58,412 bases of DNA, filler included, from an uncultured bacterium (GCA_964637655.1; 3 parts of 3 records of this genome joined end to end with filler, not necessarily neighbours in it); one strand, 5' to 3'; positions 25,034 to 35,133 are shown, counted from the whole stretch's first letter. Numbers and translations: made by a program. Notes: a model not told the origin generated them from the sequence alone.

Positions 25034-25470
25034 ATGAAACGGTGTCCGGCACGGTCATCGCGCCGCCTGCGGACGGGCTGGTGCGTGAGCGGCTCGAGGC
25101 GGGGCATGCCTGCGCGGGCTGCGGGGCCTGCGCCGGCGGGCGGCAGGCGCAGGAGGTGCTGGCGGAGACGGAGCGCGCGCTGGCGGCGGGCGACCGCGTG
25201 CGGCTTGACGAGCAGGTCTCGCCGCTGCGTGCGGCGCTGCTGCTCTTTGCCCTGCCGCTCGGGCTCGCCCTGCTGGCGGCGGCGCTGACCGCGCTCCCGG
25301 CGCGGCTGCTCGGGGCGGGGACGCCCGGCACGCTGCTCGCCGCGCTGGCGGGCGGGCTCGTGCTCGCCGCGTCCTGGGCGGGCGTGGCGGCGTGGATGCG
25401 GCGGCACGGGCCGCGCGCCGCATGGCGCGTGCGCGCTATCGTCCCCCCGGCGGAGCGCGCTGATGGCTGA
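25030..25470 (+). CDS. RseC/MucC family membrane protein
   Basis: CAGCGAC, then AGDRV and LLFALPL TM pair; GTGA overlap. Confidence 0.7.
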   Translation: MNETVSGTVIAPPADGLVRERLEAGHACAGCGACAGGRQAQEVLAETERALAAGDRVRLDEQVSPLRAALLLFALPLGLALLAAALTALPARLLGAGTPGTLLAALAGGLVLAASWAGVAAWMRRHGPRAAWRVRAIVPPAERADG

Positions 25471-27667
25471 CCTGCTGGCGGGACTCAATCCCGAGCAGCA
25501 GCAGGCGGTGCGCCACCTGCACGGCCCGCTGCTTGTCTATGCCGGGGCGGGGAGCGGCAAGACGCGGGTCATCACCCACCGCATCGCCAACCTGATCGCC
25601 CACGGGACACCCGCGTACCATATCCTCGGGCTGACCTTCACCAACCATGCCGCGCGCGAAATGCGCGCGCGCATCGCGCGGCTGGCGGGGACGGAACCCG
25701 ACGGGCTGACGCTGGCGACGTTCCATTCCTTCTGCGCCCGCCTGCTGCGCCGCGAAAAGGTGCGCGAGGGGTTCACCATCTACGACGAGCAGGACCAGCT
25801 GGCGCTGCTCAAGCGCATCCACGCCGACCTCGGGCTCGAGGGGAAGCAGTTCGCGCCGCAGCTCTCGCGGCATGTTATCGACCGGAGCAAGGACGAACTG
25901 CTCGGGCCTGACGACGTGGCGCGTACGGGCACGGAGGCGTGGCTGGTGCAGGTCTACCGCGCCTACGAACAGGCGCTGGCGGCGCAGAATGCCTTCGATT
26001 ACGGTGACCTGCTCGGGCACGCGGTGCGCCACCTGCGGGAGCACCCGGAGCGGCGTGACGCCTGCCGCGCGCGCTGGACGCACCTGCTGGTCGACGAGTA
26101 CCAGGATACCAACGCGGTGCAGTACGAACTGCTGCGCGAACTGACGGGGACGGAAGGGAACCTCTGCGTGGTGGGCGACGAGCGGCAGTCGATCTACGGG
26201 TGGCGCGGTGCGTGCAGCGACAACGTGAAAAAGTTCCGCCGCGATTTTCCCGCGTTGCTGACCGTCGACCTGACGCGCAACTACCGCTCGGCGCAGGCCA
26301 TTCTCGACCTTGCCAACCGCCTGCTGCGCACGGGGGCGCACGCGCAGGCGCCGCCGCTGCGCGCGGCGGCGGGGCGCGGCGAGACGCCGCGCGTGCAGGT
26401 GCTCGACAAGGACATCTACGAGGCGTTCGCGGTCAGCGACGGGATCAGCGCGCTGCGCGCGCGCGGGGTGCCGCTGCGCGAGATGGCGGTGATGTACCGC
26501 GCGCACTGGCAGTCGCGCGCCATCGAGGACGTGCTGCGGCGCAACAGCATCCCCTACCAGATCGTCAGCGGTACGGGGTTTTACGAGCGGCGCGAGGTCA
26601 AGGACCTGCTCGCCTACCTCAAGTTCATCGTCAACCCGCGCGACCTGACCGCGTTCGAACGCATCGCCAACGTGCCGCCGCGCGGCATCGGGGAGAAGGC
26701 GTGGGAGATCATCCTTGCGGCGCTGCGCGGGGACCCGGAACGCCTGGCGGAGCTCAAGGGGGCGGCGCGGCGCGGGTTCGAGGCGCTCATCGGCAGCGTC
26801 ACGCGCTGGCGCAACGACCCGCACCTGCTCGCCTCGCCCGGCGACCTGCTCGAGGCGATCCTCGCGGAGACGAAGTACCTGCAGGTGTTCGACCGCGAGG
26901 AAAGCGTGCAGCGCGAGGTGCGCGAGGAGAACGTCGGGGAACTGATCACCCTCGCGCGGCAGTTCAGCGCGGAGGAGGAGGGGGGCGGCACGGCGGCCTT
27001 CCTCGAGGAGATGTGCCTGGTCTCCGACGCGGACGAGCGTGATGACGATGCCGAGCGCGTGTCGCTGATGACCCTGCACGCGGCCAAGGGCCTGGAATTC
27101 GACGCGGTCTTTCTCGTCGGGGTCGAGGAAGGACTGCTCCCCCACGAGAGCCATATGCACGACCGCGCGGAGATCGAGGAGGAGCGGCGGCTGCTCTACG
27201 TCGGCATCACCCGCGCGCGGCAGCACCTGCACCTTTCCGCGGCGCGCGAGCGGCGTGTGTTCGGCACCATCCGCTACCCGCAGCCGTCGCGCTTCCTGCG
27301 CGAGTGCGGGGTGGTGCGCAGCGACGGCGATGCGGCGCAGACGCCGCCGCCGGAACGTGTCGTACCGGCAGCGCGTCCGGCGGCGGGAACGCCGACCGGC
27401 TGGGTTCTGCCGGCCAACGCCGCCCCGGCGCCGTTCCGCCCGGCGGCCCGTCCCGCACCCGCGGCCCGCCCCGCGGCGCCGCGTGGGCCGCTGCAACCCG
27501 CGCCCGCGGCGGCAGTTATCGTCGAGCATGCGCGGTTCGGGCGCGGCAGGGTGCTGCGCCGCTGGGGGAGCGGCGAGCAGGAATCGGTGGAAGTGCAGTT
27601 CGACAGCGTCGGGACGAAGACCCTGCGGGTGGCCTACGCCAACCTGCGCGGCCTCCCCCCCGCCTGA
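25463..27667 (+). CDS. pcrA: UvrD/PcrA superfamily 1 DNA helicase
   Basis: LNPEQ, AGAGSGKT, VDEYQDTN, VGDERQSIYGWRGA, NYRS, MTLHAAKGLEF, EERRLLYVGITRA; C-terminal HARFGRG Tudor-like domain. Confidence 0.93.
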   Translation: MADLLAGLNPEQQQAVRHLHGPLLVYAGAGSGKTRVITHRIANLIAHGTPAYHILGLTFTNHAAREMRARIARLAGTEPDGLTLATFHSFCARLLRREKVREGFTIYDEQDQLALLKRIHADLGLEGKQFAPQLSRHVIDRSKDELLGPDDVARTGTEAWLVQVYRAYEQALAAQNAFDYGDLLGHAVRHLREHPERRDACRARWTHLLVDEYQDTNAVQYELLRELTGTEGNLCVVGDERQSIYGWRGACSDNVKKFRRDFPALLTVDLTRNYRSAQAILDLANRLLRTGAHAQAPPLRAAAGRGETPRVQVLDKDIYEAFAVSDGISALRARGVPLREMAVMYRAHWQSRAIEDVLRRNSIPYQIVSGTGFYERREVKDLLAYLKFIVNPRDLTAFERIANVPPRGIGEKAWEIILAALRGDPERLAELKGAARRGFEALIGSVTRWRNDPHLLASPGDLLEAILAETKYLQVFDREESVQREVREENVGELITLARQFSAEEEGGGTAAFLEEMCLVSDADERDDDAERVSLMTLHAAKGLEFDAVFLVGVEEGLLPHESHMHDRAEIEEERRLLYVGITRARQHLHLSAARERRVFGTIRYPQPSRFLRECGVVRSDGDAAQTPPPERVVPAARPAAGTPTGWVLPANAAPAPFRPAARPAPAARPAAPRGPLQPAPAAAVIVEHARFGRGRVLRRWGSGEQESVEVQFDSVGTKTLRVAYANLRGLPPA

Positions 27668-27683
27668 CAGCATATGCGTTTCA

Positions 27684-28384
27684 ACCACGGAGCCCGCGAA
27701 ACGTCGGGGAACCACGCGGAGAACGGCAGCAAAGCGTTCACCGCAGAGCACACAGAGCACGCAGAGANNNNNNNNNNNNNNNNNNNNNNNNNNNNNNNNN
27801 NNNNNNNNNNNNNNNNNNNNNNNNNNNNNNNNNNNNNNNNNNNNNNNNNNNNNNNNNNNNNNNNNNNAGCAGAAAGCTCATCGGGCAGGCCCTCCGGGCG
27901 ACTCCCGACAGAAGACACAACAACCACGGAGCCCGCGAAACTTCGGAGAACCACGTCGCCCATGAAACTTCGGGAAACACGCGGAGAACGGCAGCAAAGC
28001 GTTCACCGCAGAGCACACAGAGCACGCAGAGAAAAGCAGAAAGCTCATCGGGCAGGCCCTCCGGGCGACTCCCGACAGAAGACACAACAGCACAGCCAAC
28101 GGCAAACCACCAACGCTCTGTGTCCTCTGCGTGCTCTGCGGTGAAAGCCGTTCCGGTGCTGTATGCTGCCCGCAGGGCCGCTTCTGCCGGTGCTGCTCAC
28201 CCACGGGACCAGCGACCGAAAAACCGTGCGCGCTCCGTGTGCTCTGTGTGCTCTGCGGTGAATGCCGTTGTGGTGTCGTATGTCCCCTGAAACCGTTTTT
28301 GCAGTGGCTGCTCGCAAAGCGCATCAACCATGGAATAGTCGCGCGCGCTCCGTGTGCTCCGTGTGCCCCGTGGTGAACGCCGTT
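27684..28384. repeat. Cluster of ~30-bp 9-nt-periodic repeats in both orientations, plus a ~165-bp tandem unit
   Basis: TTCACCGCAGAGCACACAGAGCACGCAGAG at 27737-27766 and 28002-28031. Reverse-complement variants at 28116-28145, 28233-28262 and 28348-28377. Assembly gap at 27768-27867. Confidence 0.9.
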
Positions 28385-28918
28385 ATGGTGCTGCTGGTGT
28401 TGAGTGTGGCCGGGTGTTCGTGCGGGGGCGGGCCGGTGGCGGAGGTCGGCGGCGCGGACGATCCGCTGGCTGATACCCCGGTGTTCAGTCCGGGTGACGG
28501 CGCGTCGCCCGGGGCGGCGCTCAACGATCCGGCGCGTGTCGATGCGGCGCGCGCGACGGCCCGTGCGCACGGTGCGGCGGCGGTGCCCGAACTCATCCGC
28601 CGGCTGCAGGGGGGGGCGGGCAATTACTCGGGGACGGGGTATCCCGCGCTGATCGAACTGCTGGGCGAACTGGGCGACACGACGGCGGTGCCTGTCCTCT
28701 GCGCGGTGCTTGATGACTGCGGCGCGCAGCGTTATGACGCGGTGCGCCCGTGGGCGATTGCCGCGCTGCGCCGCCTGGGCGACCCTGCCGCACTCCCCGC
28801 GCTGGCGCGCGTGGCGGACGACCCGTCGCTGCCGGCAGCCGAGCGGGTGCTGGCGGCCCGCGCGCGGCAGGCGCTGGGCGCAGCCCCGGCGGCGGCGGTG
28901 CTCCCCCCGCCTGACTGA
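28385..28918 (+). CDS. HEAT/PBS-lyase repeat lipoprotein (start uncertain)
   Basis: VLLVLSVAGC lipobox; repeats AAVPELIRRL, LGELGDTTAVPVLCAVL, AIAALRRLGDPAALPALARV. Confidence 0.7.
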   Translation: MVLLVLSVAGCSCGGGPVAEVGGADDPLADTPVFSPGDGASPGAALNDPARVDAARATARAHGAAAVPELIRRLQGGAGNYSGTGYPALIELLGELGDTTAVPVLCAVLDDCGAQRYDAVRPWAIAALRRLGDPAALPALARVADDPSLPAAERVLAARARQALGAAPAAAVLPPPD

Positions 28919-28941
28919 CGGGGTGACGGGCGAAAAAGAGT

Positions 28942-28970
28942 TTGACAGTCGGGGGCGGGCAAGCTACACT
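28942..28970 (+). promoter_or_regulatory. sigma70 promoter of the pdaD-speB operon
   Basis: TTGACA-17nt-TACACT. Confidence 0.65.
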
Positions 28971-28997
28971 CGCCCCACTTCATGACGGAGGGTGGCA

Positions 28998-29570
28998 ATG
29001 AGTCAGGAATTGTGTCCCGCGGTCAACCCGTTCGTACCGCAGTACGTGTTCCTTACCAAGGGTGTGGGCCGGCACAGGGAGCAGCTGCAGAGTTTCGAGA
29101 TGGCGCTGCGCGATGCGGGTATCGCCGAGTACAACCTTGTCTCGGTCTCCAGTATCTTCCCGCCGCACTGTAAGCTGATCACGCGGCAGAAGGGACTGGC
29201 GATGATGCGGCCGGGGCAGATCACCTTCACCGTGCTCAGCCGCAACGCCACCAACGAGCCGCACCGCCTCATCGCCTCGTCCGTCGGGCTGGCCGTGCCG
29301 CGCGACGCCAACCAGTACGGGTATCTCTCCGAACACCACAGTTTCGGCGAGAAGGAGGAGCAGGCGGGTGATTACGCGGAGGACCTTGCCGCCTCGATGC
29401 TCGCCACCATTCTCGGGGTTGATTTCGACCCGGACAAGAACTACAACGAGAAGAAGGAAATCTGGAAGATCAGCGGCAAGTTCATCCGCACGCAGAACGT
29501 GACGCAGACCGCACTGGGCGACAAGAACCGCCTGTGGACGACGGTGGTGACGGCGGCGGTCTTCATCTGA
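28998..29570 (+). CDS. pdaD: Pyruvoyl-dependent arginine decarboxylase
   Basis: [25 protein letters not shown] (Ser-Ser self-cleavage site), [22 protein letters not shown]. Confidence 0.9.
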   Translation: MSQELCPAVNPFVPQYVFLTKGVGRHREQLQSFEMALRDAGIAEYNLVSVSSIFPPHCKLITRQKGLAMMRPGQITFTVLSRNATNEPHRLIASSVGLAVPRDANQYGYLSEHHSFGEKEEQAGDYAEDLAASMLATILGVDFDPDKNYNEKKEIWKISGKFIRTQNVTQTALGDKNRLWTTVVTAAVFI

Positions 29571-30451
29571 TGGCGTACGTGTTCGGCGGCGACGAGGCGG
29601 GGGGCGGCCTGACGGCCGCGCAGCAGGATCCCGCCGCCGCCTTCGCGGTGGTGGCGTCCGCCCCGTACGAGGGGACGGTCTCCTACGGCGGCGGGACGGC
29701 GCGCGGACCGCAGGCGATCATCGACGCTTCGGCATCGCTCGAACTGTATGATGAGGAACTTGATTGTGTAACCGCTGACTGCGGCATCCACACCGCGCCG
29801 CCGCTCATGCTCGACGGGCTCGCCCCGGCGGCGATGGCGGACGCGGTCGCTGCGGAAATGCGGCGCTGGCTGGCGCGCGACAAGTTTGTCGTGCTGCTCG
29901 GCGGCGAACACAGCGTGACCGGTGGCGCCATCCGCCCGGTGGCGGAGAAGTTCCCGGGCGTGGGGGTGCTGCACCTCGACGCGCACGGCGACACGCGGCA
30001 GGAATTCCACGGCACCCCGCACAGTCACGCCTGTGCCATGGCGCGCGTGCATGATTGTGTGCGGCGGACGGTGTCCATCGGCATCCGCGCGCTGGGGGAA
30101 GAGGAACGCGCGTCGCTGCACCATCCCGAACGGAAAATTTTCCTCGCGCACGAGTGGCCCGACCTGGCGGCGCTGACGGAACCGGTGCTGGCGGCGCTCC
30201 CCGACGAGATTTACCTGACCATCGACCTTGATTTCTTCGCCCCGCACGTCATTCCCGCGACGGGGACGCCCGAACCGGGCGGCTACGAGTGGTACCCGAC
30301 CATGGCGCTGCTGCGCGAGGTGTTCAGGCGCAAACGCGTGGTCAGTTGCGATGTAGTGGAGCTCGCGCCCCTCGCGCAGTTATCCTATCCTGATTTCACC
30401 GCGGCCAGGCTGGTCTACAAGCTCATCGGCTGGGCCGCCGCCCGGAGGTAA
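29570..30451 (+). CDS. speB: Agmatinase
   Basis: PYEGTVSYGGGTARGP, LGGEHS, HLDAHGD, TIDLD, TGTPEPGG, DVVEL; directly follows pdaD. Confidence 0.9.
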   Translation: MAYVFGGDEAGGGLTAAQQDPAAAFAVVASAPYEGTVSYGGGTARGPQAIIDASASLELYDEELDCVTADCGIHTAPPLMLDGLAPAAMADAVAAEMRRWLARDKFVVLLGGEHSVTGGAIRPVAEKFPGVGVLHLDAHGDTRQEFHGTPHSHACAMARVHDCVRRTVSIGIRALGEEERASLHHPERKIFLAHEWPDLAALTEPVLAALPDEIYLTIDLDFFAPHVIPATGTPEPGGYEWYPTMALLREVFRRKRVVSCDVVELAPLAQLSYPDFTAARLVYKLIGWAAARR

Positions 30452-30455
30452 CAGT

Positions 30456-30662
30456 ATGCTGCAGAAAGAACTGCTCGATATCCTCGCCTGCCCGGTCTGC
30501 AAGTCGGGTCTGCAGTACGAGCCGGAGAAGAACACGCTCACCTGCCTCGACGAGAACCGCGCTGCGCGCGAGTTCAAGAAGGGGGAGCGCTGCGGGCTCA
30601 TCTACCGCATCGAGGATGACATCCCCATCATGCTCGAGGAAGAAGCGCAGAAACCCGCCTGA
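30456..30662 (+). CDS. Trm112 family protein
   Basis: LLDILACPVCK...YRIEDDIPIML; GGAGG SD. Confidence 0.85.
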   Translation: MLQKELLDILACPVCKSGLQYEPEKNTLTCLDENRAAREFKKGERCGLIYRIEDDIPIMLEEEAQKPA

Positions 30663-30674
30663 CGGGACGGCAGC

Positions 30675-31448
30675 GTGGTATACGCGAATCTTCCCGCCCC
30701 GCTCTTCGACCGGCATGCGGCGCGCTTTGCGGCGCTCGGGCTGGGCGTGGAACTGGCGGTCACCGGGCCGTGGCTCGACAGCGCCTCGCCTGACGAACTT
30801 GAGCAGATCGCCCGCACGGGCGGCGAGCTGAACCTCGATTTCATTCTGCATGGCCCGTTTCTCGGGCTCGATCCGGGCGCGACCGACAGCATGATTCTCG
30901 ACGCCAGCCGCCGGCGGCTGCGGCAGGCGGTCGATGTCGCCGCGCGGCTCAACGCGACTTCGATCGTCTTCCACACCGGCTATACCCCGTTTACCCGCGA
31001 GGTGATCGACCCTGAGTGGGTGGCCATCCAGCGCGCCACGTGGCAGGGACTGCTGCAGTACGCGCCTGCGTACCTTGAGGTGCATCTGGAGAATGTGCGC
31101 GAACCGTCATGGCGGCCGCTGCTCGCCATTCTCGAGGCGGTCGCTTCACCGCGTTTGAAACTCTGCTGGGACATCGGGCATTTCAACCTCTTTGGTGGTG
31201 GCGATTATCGCACATGGGCGGCGCAGGCTGTCCCGCATCTTGGCGAGATGCACCTGCACAACAATCATGGTGAAGACGATGACCATTTCGCGCTCGATGA
31301 CGGGACAGCGCCGGCCGGCGCCATGCTTGATGCGTTGATCAGCCATAACTGCAAACCCAAACTGACGATAGAACATTATGACGAGGATCGACTGGCGCGG
31401 TCCCTGCGCTTTCTGCAGCCGTACCTCGCCCCGCTGGGGGCGGCATAA
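30675..31448 (+). CDS. Sugar-phosphate isomerase/epimerase (AP endonuclease 2 TIM barrel)
   Basis: LHGPF, VFHTG, LENV, CWDIGH, MHLHNNHGEDDDH, TIE. Confidence 0.85.
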   Translation: MVYANLPAPLFDRHAARFAALGLGVELAVTGPWLDSASPDELEQIARTGGELNLDFILHGPFLGLDPGATDSMILDASRRRLRQAVDVAARLNATSIVFHTGYTPFTREVIDPEWVAIQRATWQGLLQYAPAYLEVHLENVREPSWRPLLAILEAVASPRLKLCWDIGHFNLFGGGDYRTWAAQAVPHLGEMHLHNNHGEDDDHFALDDGTAPAGAMLDALISHNCKPKLTIEHYDEDRLARSLRFLQPYLAPLGAA

Positions 31449-32084
31449 GTGGCTGAAACCCCCGCGCCCCCCCCGCTGTCAAAGAAGACGGAGGACCCGC
31501 AGGTGGTCGCCTGGCTGGCGGCCGCGCGCGGGGGCGACCGCGCCGCGTTCAACGCGCTGGTGCGGCGCTATCAGCAGGAGGTGTATGGAATCGCGTTGCA
31601 GTTCTTTCGCGACCGGGAGGAGGCGCTGGACGCGGCGCAGGACGTGTTCGTGCAGGTCTACCGCAAGCTGGAACAGTTCCGCGGTGACGCGCTCTTCTCG
31701 ACGTGGCTGTACCGCGTGACGGTCAACACCTGTCGCAACCGCTACGCGTCGGCGCAGTCGCGGCGGAAGCATGAGGCGACCGTGACCAACGCCGCCGGGG
31801 AGGACGAAACCGAGGACCTGCTGACGCGGCTGCCGTCACCCGACGCGTCGCCCGAGCAGCAGGCGCTCGACAACGACCTCGGGCGCGAACTGCAGCAGGC
31901 GCTGGCGCAACTGCCGGAGCAGCAGCGGCTGATGATTGTGCTCTGCGACTACCGCGGGTTCGCGTACGAGGAAATCGCGGCGACGGTCGGCTGCTCGGTG
32001 AGCGCGGTCAAGACGGGGATTCATCGCGGGCGGCTGAAGCTGCGCGCGATACTGCAGCCGCTGCTCGACAGCGGCCGGTTATGA
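31449..32084 (+). CDS. ECF sigma factor
   Basis: GDRAAFNALVRRY, DAAQDVF, FSTWLYRVTVN, YEEIAATVGCSVSAVKTGIHRGR. Confidence 0.93.
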   Translation: MAETPAPPPLSKKTEDPQVVAWLAAARGGDRAAFNALVRRYQQEVYGIALQFFRDREEALDAAQDVFVQVYRKLEQFRGDALFSTWLYRVTVNTCRNRYASAQSRRKHEATVTNAAGEDETEDLLTRLPSPDASPEQQALDNDLGRELQQALAQLPEQQRLMIVLCDYRGFAYEEIAATVGCSVSAVKTGIHRGRLKLRAILQPLLDSGRL

Positions 32085-32118
32085 CACTAACCGCGGGAAA
32101 CGCGGGGCAGGAAAGAGG

Positions 32119-33096
32119 GTGACAGGCGTGAATGCATGCGAAGCGGTGCGTGAACTGATCAGTGCAGAACTTGACGGCGAACTGACCGCGGCCGAGCGGC
32201 AGGTGCTGCAACTGCACCTCGCGGGGTGTGCCGCCTGTCGCGCCGAACAGGATGCCCTGCGCCGCGTCAAGCAGGCGCTGGCCGCCCTCCCCGCCCCCGC
32301 TCTGCCGCGCGACCTGGTGGTCGATATCAACCGCGCCATCGACGGAGATGAGCTGGCCGCGCGCCGCGCACCGCGCCGCCCGTGGCGGCTGGCCGGGCAG
32401 CTGGCGGCCGCTGCGACGGTGCTGCTGGTGCTCGGTTCGCTCGCTCCCGTCTTTCTCTCACGCGGCCTGTCGCCGGCCCCGGACCGTGACGCGACGCCGG
32501 CGGTGCCGGACGCCGTGCCGCTGGCCGGACAGTCACTCGACCGGACGGTGGCGGACGACGGGACGACGCTGACGACGGAGGATGCGCTGGCGGCAGTTGA
32601 TGAAACCGCGCGCCCGGCGCAGCCGGCGGATGCGCCGGCAGCCCCGGCACCGGTTCCGGCAGCGGAGCGTCCGGCCCCGGCCCCGCGCCAGGCGTCCGCT
32701 CCTGCGCCGGCTTCGCGCCCGGCACCTGCCCCCGCACCGTTTCCTGCGCGGATGCTGGCGGCGGACGCTGCGGTGCCTGCGCCGGCACCGGTCGCACCGG
32801 CACCGGCCTATCAAACCGCGCAAACCGCGCGCGCGGCGGCCCCGGCTAACGCGACGGCGTCAGGTGTTGTGCGGCTGGGGGCCCCGGTCACGGAGGCGCC
32901 GGGCGGTGGCACCAGTGATGTGATCGGTGTGCTGCGCGCGCATCAGGCGCGCGGGGTCAATCTCAGCACGTCGTCGGTTTCCGCGGTCATGCCGCTGAGC
33001 GGGCTCAAAGGCCTGCGCCTCGCGGTGTCGCCGCTGCCCGTACGCACCACGGCTACCGACAGCGAAACCGCGCACATCATCATTCCGCTCGAATAA
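32119..33096 (+). CDS. Zinc-binding anti-sigma factor (ZAS) with TM helix
   Basis: CEAVRELISAELDGEL...HLAGCAAC (HxxxCxxC), TM helix, Pro/Ala-rich extracytoplasmic region; follows the ECF sigma gene. Confidence 0.85.
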   Translation: MTGVNACEAVRELISAELDGELTAAERQVLQLHLAGCAACRAEQDALRRVKQALAALPAPALPRDLVVDINRAIDGDELAARRAPRRPWRLAGQLAAAATVLLVLGSLAPVFLSRGLSPAPDRDATPAVPDAVPLAGQSLDRTVADDGTTLTTEDALAAVDETARPAQPADAPAAPAPVPAAERPAPAPRQASAPAPASRPAPAPAPFPARMLAADAAVPAPAPVAPAPAYQTAQTARAAAPANATASGVVRLGAPVTEAPGGGTSDVIGVLRAHQARGVNLSTSSVSAVMPLSGLKGLRLAVSPLPVRTTATDSETAHIIIPLE

Positions 33097-33104
33097 CTTA
33101 CGTA

Positions 33105-33133
33105 TTGACCTTCCCTGTCGTTTGTGGTACAAT
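33105..33133 (+). promoter_or_regulatory. sigma70 promoter
   Basis: TTGACC-17nt-TACAAT with a TGn extension. Confidence 0.6.
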
Positions 33134-33207
33134 GTACTTGTATTGATGGGAGAGGTGTCGGCGCGACAGACGCCGGCAACAACCGCGGCACAAAGGCAGA
33201 CCGGACG

Positions 33208-35133
33208 ATGACTAAAAAACTGTGGATTGCGATTATCGGCATTATCATTCTCCTGGCGGCAGGTGGTGCCGGGGCGTGGTATTTCCTTGCCGGACCGGGT
33301 ACCGGTGGCGGCACGGCACCGACCGATACGGCGGCGGTCGTCCCGGACGACGGGGAAGACGGCGGTGACGAGGGGGAGGTTGTCGGGCAGGTTACCGGCG
33401 CCGAGACCGACGATCCGGAATTCTTCGCCGGCAACGCGGCGGTCAATGCCGCGGTGCTCGCGTCGCTCAAGCCGGGCGGCAGCGGGGCGCGGCGCGAAGT
33501 GCTGCGCAACAAGCCGCTCGCCCTGCGCGGTACCATCGTCACGCCGCACAAAGTCATCGACGATGGCCTGCTGGTCATCACCTACGAGGAACGCAACGGC
33601 AAACCGGTCGGCATCATCAAGTCAGTGGGCGCGTACAGTGCCGGGGCCGTGCCGCAGGGTGACGCGTCGTTTGTCGACCTGACCGGCTACAACATCTATC
33701 CCGGGTTCATTGACATGCACAACCACGTGCATTACAACGTTTCCGACCTGTGGAAACCAACCTACGACATCTACCCGAACCGCGACGTCTGGCCGAAGGA
33801 CCCGCGCTACAGCGACTGGAAAAAGGTGCGCTTCTACTTCGGGCGCGACTACAAGAACCTGACTGTCGAGACGACCAAGTGGGGGGAAATCCGCGGCCTG
33901 CTCTGCGGGTCGACGATGATGCAGGGCTTTGACGGTGATGCCAACGGGTACAACACCCTCTGCCGCAACGTCGAAAACCGGGGCAACAATTTCGGGGTCG
34001 ACCGCATCAATCAGAGCGTGATGAGCGTGTCGATGTGGTACAAGGGGCGGCGCGCGGAAGATGCGCGCGAGCGCGTGCTCTCCGCGTTCAGCAGCGGGCG
34101 CGCCAGCCGCTACATCATTCACTTCTGCGAGGGGATCGACGACAAGATCCGCGATGAGTTCGTGCAGTTGAAGAATATCAACATGCTGCGCGAGGAAATG
34201 GTCGGCATTCACTCGACGGGCGTGCGCGGCAGCGACTGGGATGATATCGCTGCCGCCGGGATGAAGGTCGTCTGGTCGCCGCTCTCCAATCTCATCCTCT
34301 ACAACCAGACGACGGACATCAAGCGCGCGCTGAGCAGCGGCGTGCCGCTTGAACACATCTCGTTCGGACCCGACTGGGCGCCGTCGGGCACCCCGGGCAT
34401 GCTCTACGAGGCGAAGGTCGTGGCGGAGTACAATGAGCGCGAGATGGGCGGCCTGCTGACGCCGCAGCAGATGGTGCAGATGATGACCAGCAGCCCCGCC
34501 ATCATCAGCAGCTACGACGATTTCGTCGGCACGCTGGAACAGGGGAAGATTGCCGACATCACCGTGCTCAAACAGCGCGAGGATGATGCCTACGAGAACG
34601 TGCTCAAGGCGAAGATCGAGGACGTGTCGCTGGTCATGGTCGGCGGGCAGCCGCTGTACGGCAATCTCGAGATTTTCCGCCAGCTGGGCAAGGGGAATGA
34701 CTACGAGATCTTCACCATGAACGGCGTCGAGAAGGGCATCGACATCACCGAGGAGGGCATCGACAAGGGGGACCAGACGCTGCGCGAGCTGCTCACCTTC
34801 CTCAATGGCTGCTTCGAGGATATCCGGAAGAACATGCCGTTCGAGTTCAGCGAGGATATCCCCGACTACTGCCACCTCTCGCCGATGTACTGGCCGCAGT
34901 ACACCAGCTATTCGACGCTGATGTACCTCTCGGTGATGGGCAAGGAGTCGGACTACAACGCGGATAACCGCGGGGCGCGGAGTTTCCGCTCCTCGGACAT
35001 GTACCGCAACCGCAATGAGCAGGCCAAGGAACAGTATAACGCGCTGCGTGACCGCATCAAAGAGGAACGCGCGGCGGCGCGCGCGGCATCATCACGCAGC
35101 CGTGGCGGCAATGACGAAGGCGGGGAGGACTGA
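33208..35133 (+). CDS. Membrane-anchored amidohydrolase family protein
   Basis: N-terminal TM (MTKKLWIAIIGIIILLAAGG), PGFIDMHNH, HFCEG, IHS, GPDWAPSG, GTLEQGKIAD. Confidence 0.85.
   Translation: MTKKLWIAIIGIIILLAAGGAGAWYFLAGPGTGGGTAPTDTAAVVPDDGEDGGDEGEVVGQVTGAETDDPEFFAGNAAVNAAVLASLKPGGSGARREVLRNKPLALRGTIVTPHKVIDDGLLVITYEERNGKPVGIIKSVGAYSAGAVPQGDASFVDLTGYNIYPGFIDMHNHVHYNVSDLWKPTYDIYPNRDVWPKDPRYSDWKKVRFYFGRDYKNLTVETTKWGEIRGLLCGSTMMQGFDGDANGYNTLCRNVENRGNNFGVDRINQSVMSVSMWYKGRRAEDARERVLSAFSSGRASRYIIHFCEGIDDKIRDEFVQLKNINMLREEMVGIHSTGVRGSDWDDIAAAGMKVVWSPLSNLILYNQTTDIKRALSSGVPLEHISFGPDWAPSGTPGMLYEAKVVAEYNEREMGGLLTPQQMVQMMTSSPAIISSYDDFVGTLEQGKIADITVLKQREDDAYENVLKAKIEDVSLVMVGGQPLYGNLEIFRQLGKGNDYEIFTMNGVEKGIDITEEGIDKGDQTLRELLTFLNGCFEDIRKNMPFEFSEDIPDYCHLSPMYWPQYTSYSTLMYLSVMGKESDYNADNRGARSFRSSDMYRNRNEQAKEQYNALRDRIKEERAAARAASSRSRGGNDEGGED

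Noticed and set aside
27674-28290. ORFs across the repeat region (TAEHTEHAE / HRRAHRAR peptides)
   Set aside because: They are translations of the DNA repeat spanning an N gap, with no independent coding evidence.
28116-28377. CRISPR interpretation of three regularly spaced 30-bp repeats
   Set aside because: The intervening sequences are ~85 nt, the repeats are internally 9-nt periodic and occur in both orientations, and no cas genes are present.
29570-30451. Ureohydrolase as a RiPP peptide arginase for the Nif11 locus
   Set aside because: It is on a different contig, coupled to arginine decarboxylase, has a standard agmatinase size and motifs, and the three cores contain no Arg.
32600-32860. 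Pro/Ala-rich repeats in the anti-sigma factor (similar stretch in the PcrA linker, ~27340-27510)
   Set aside because: These are ordinary low-complexity linkers with no discrete DNA repeat unit.
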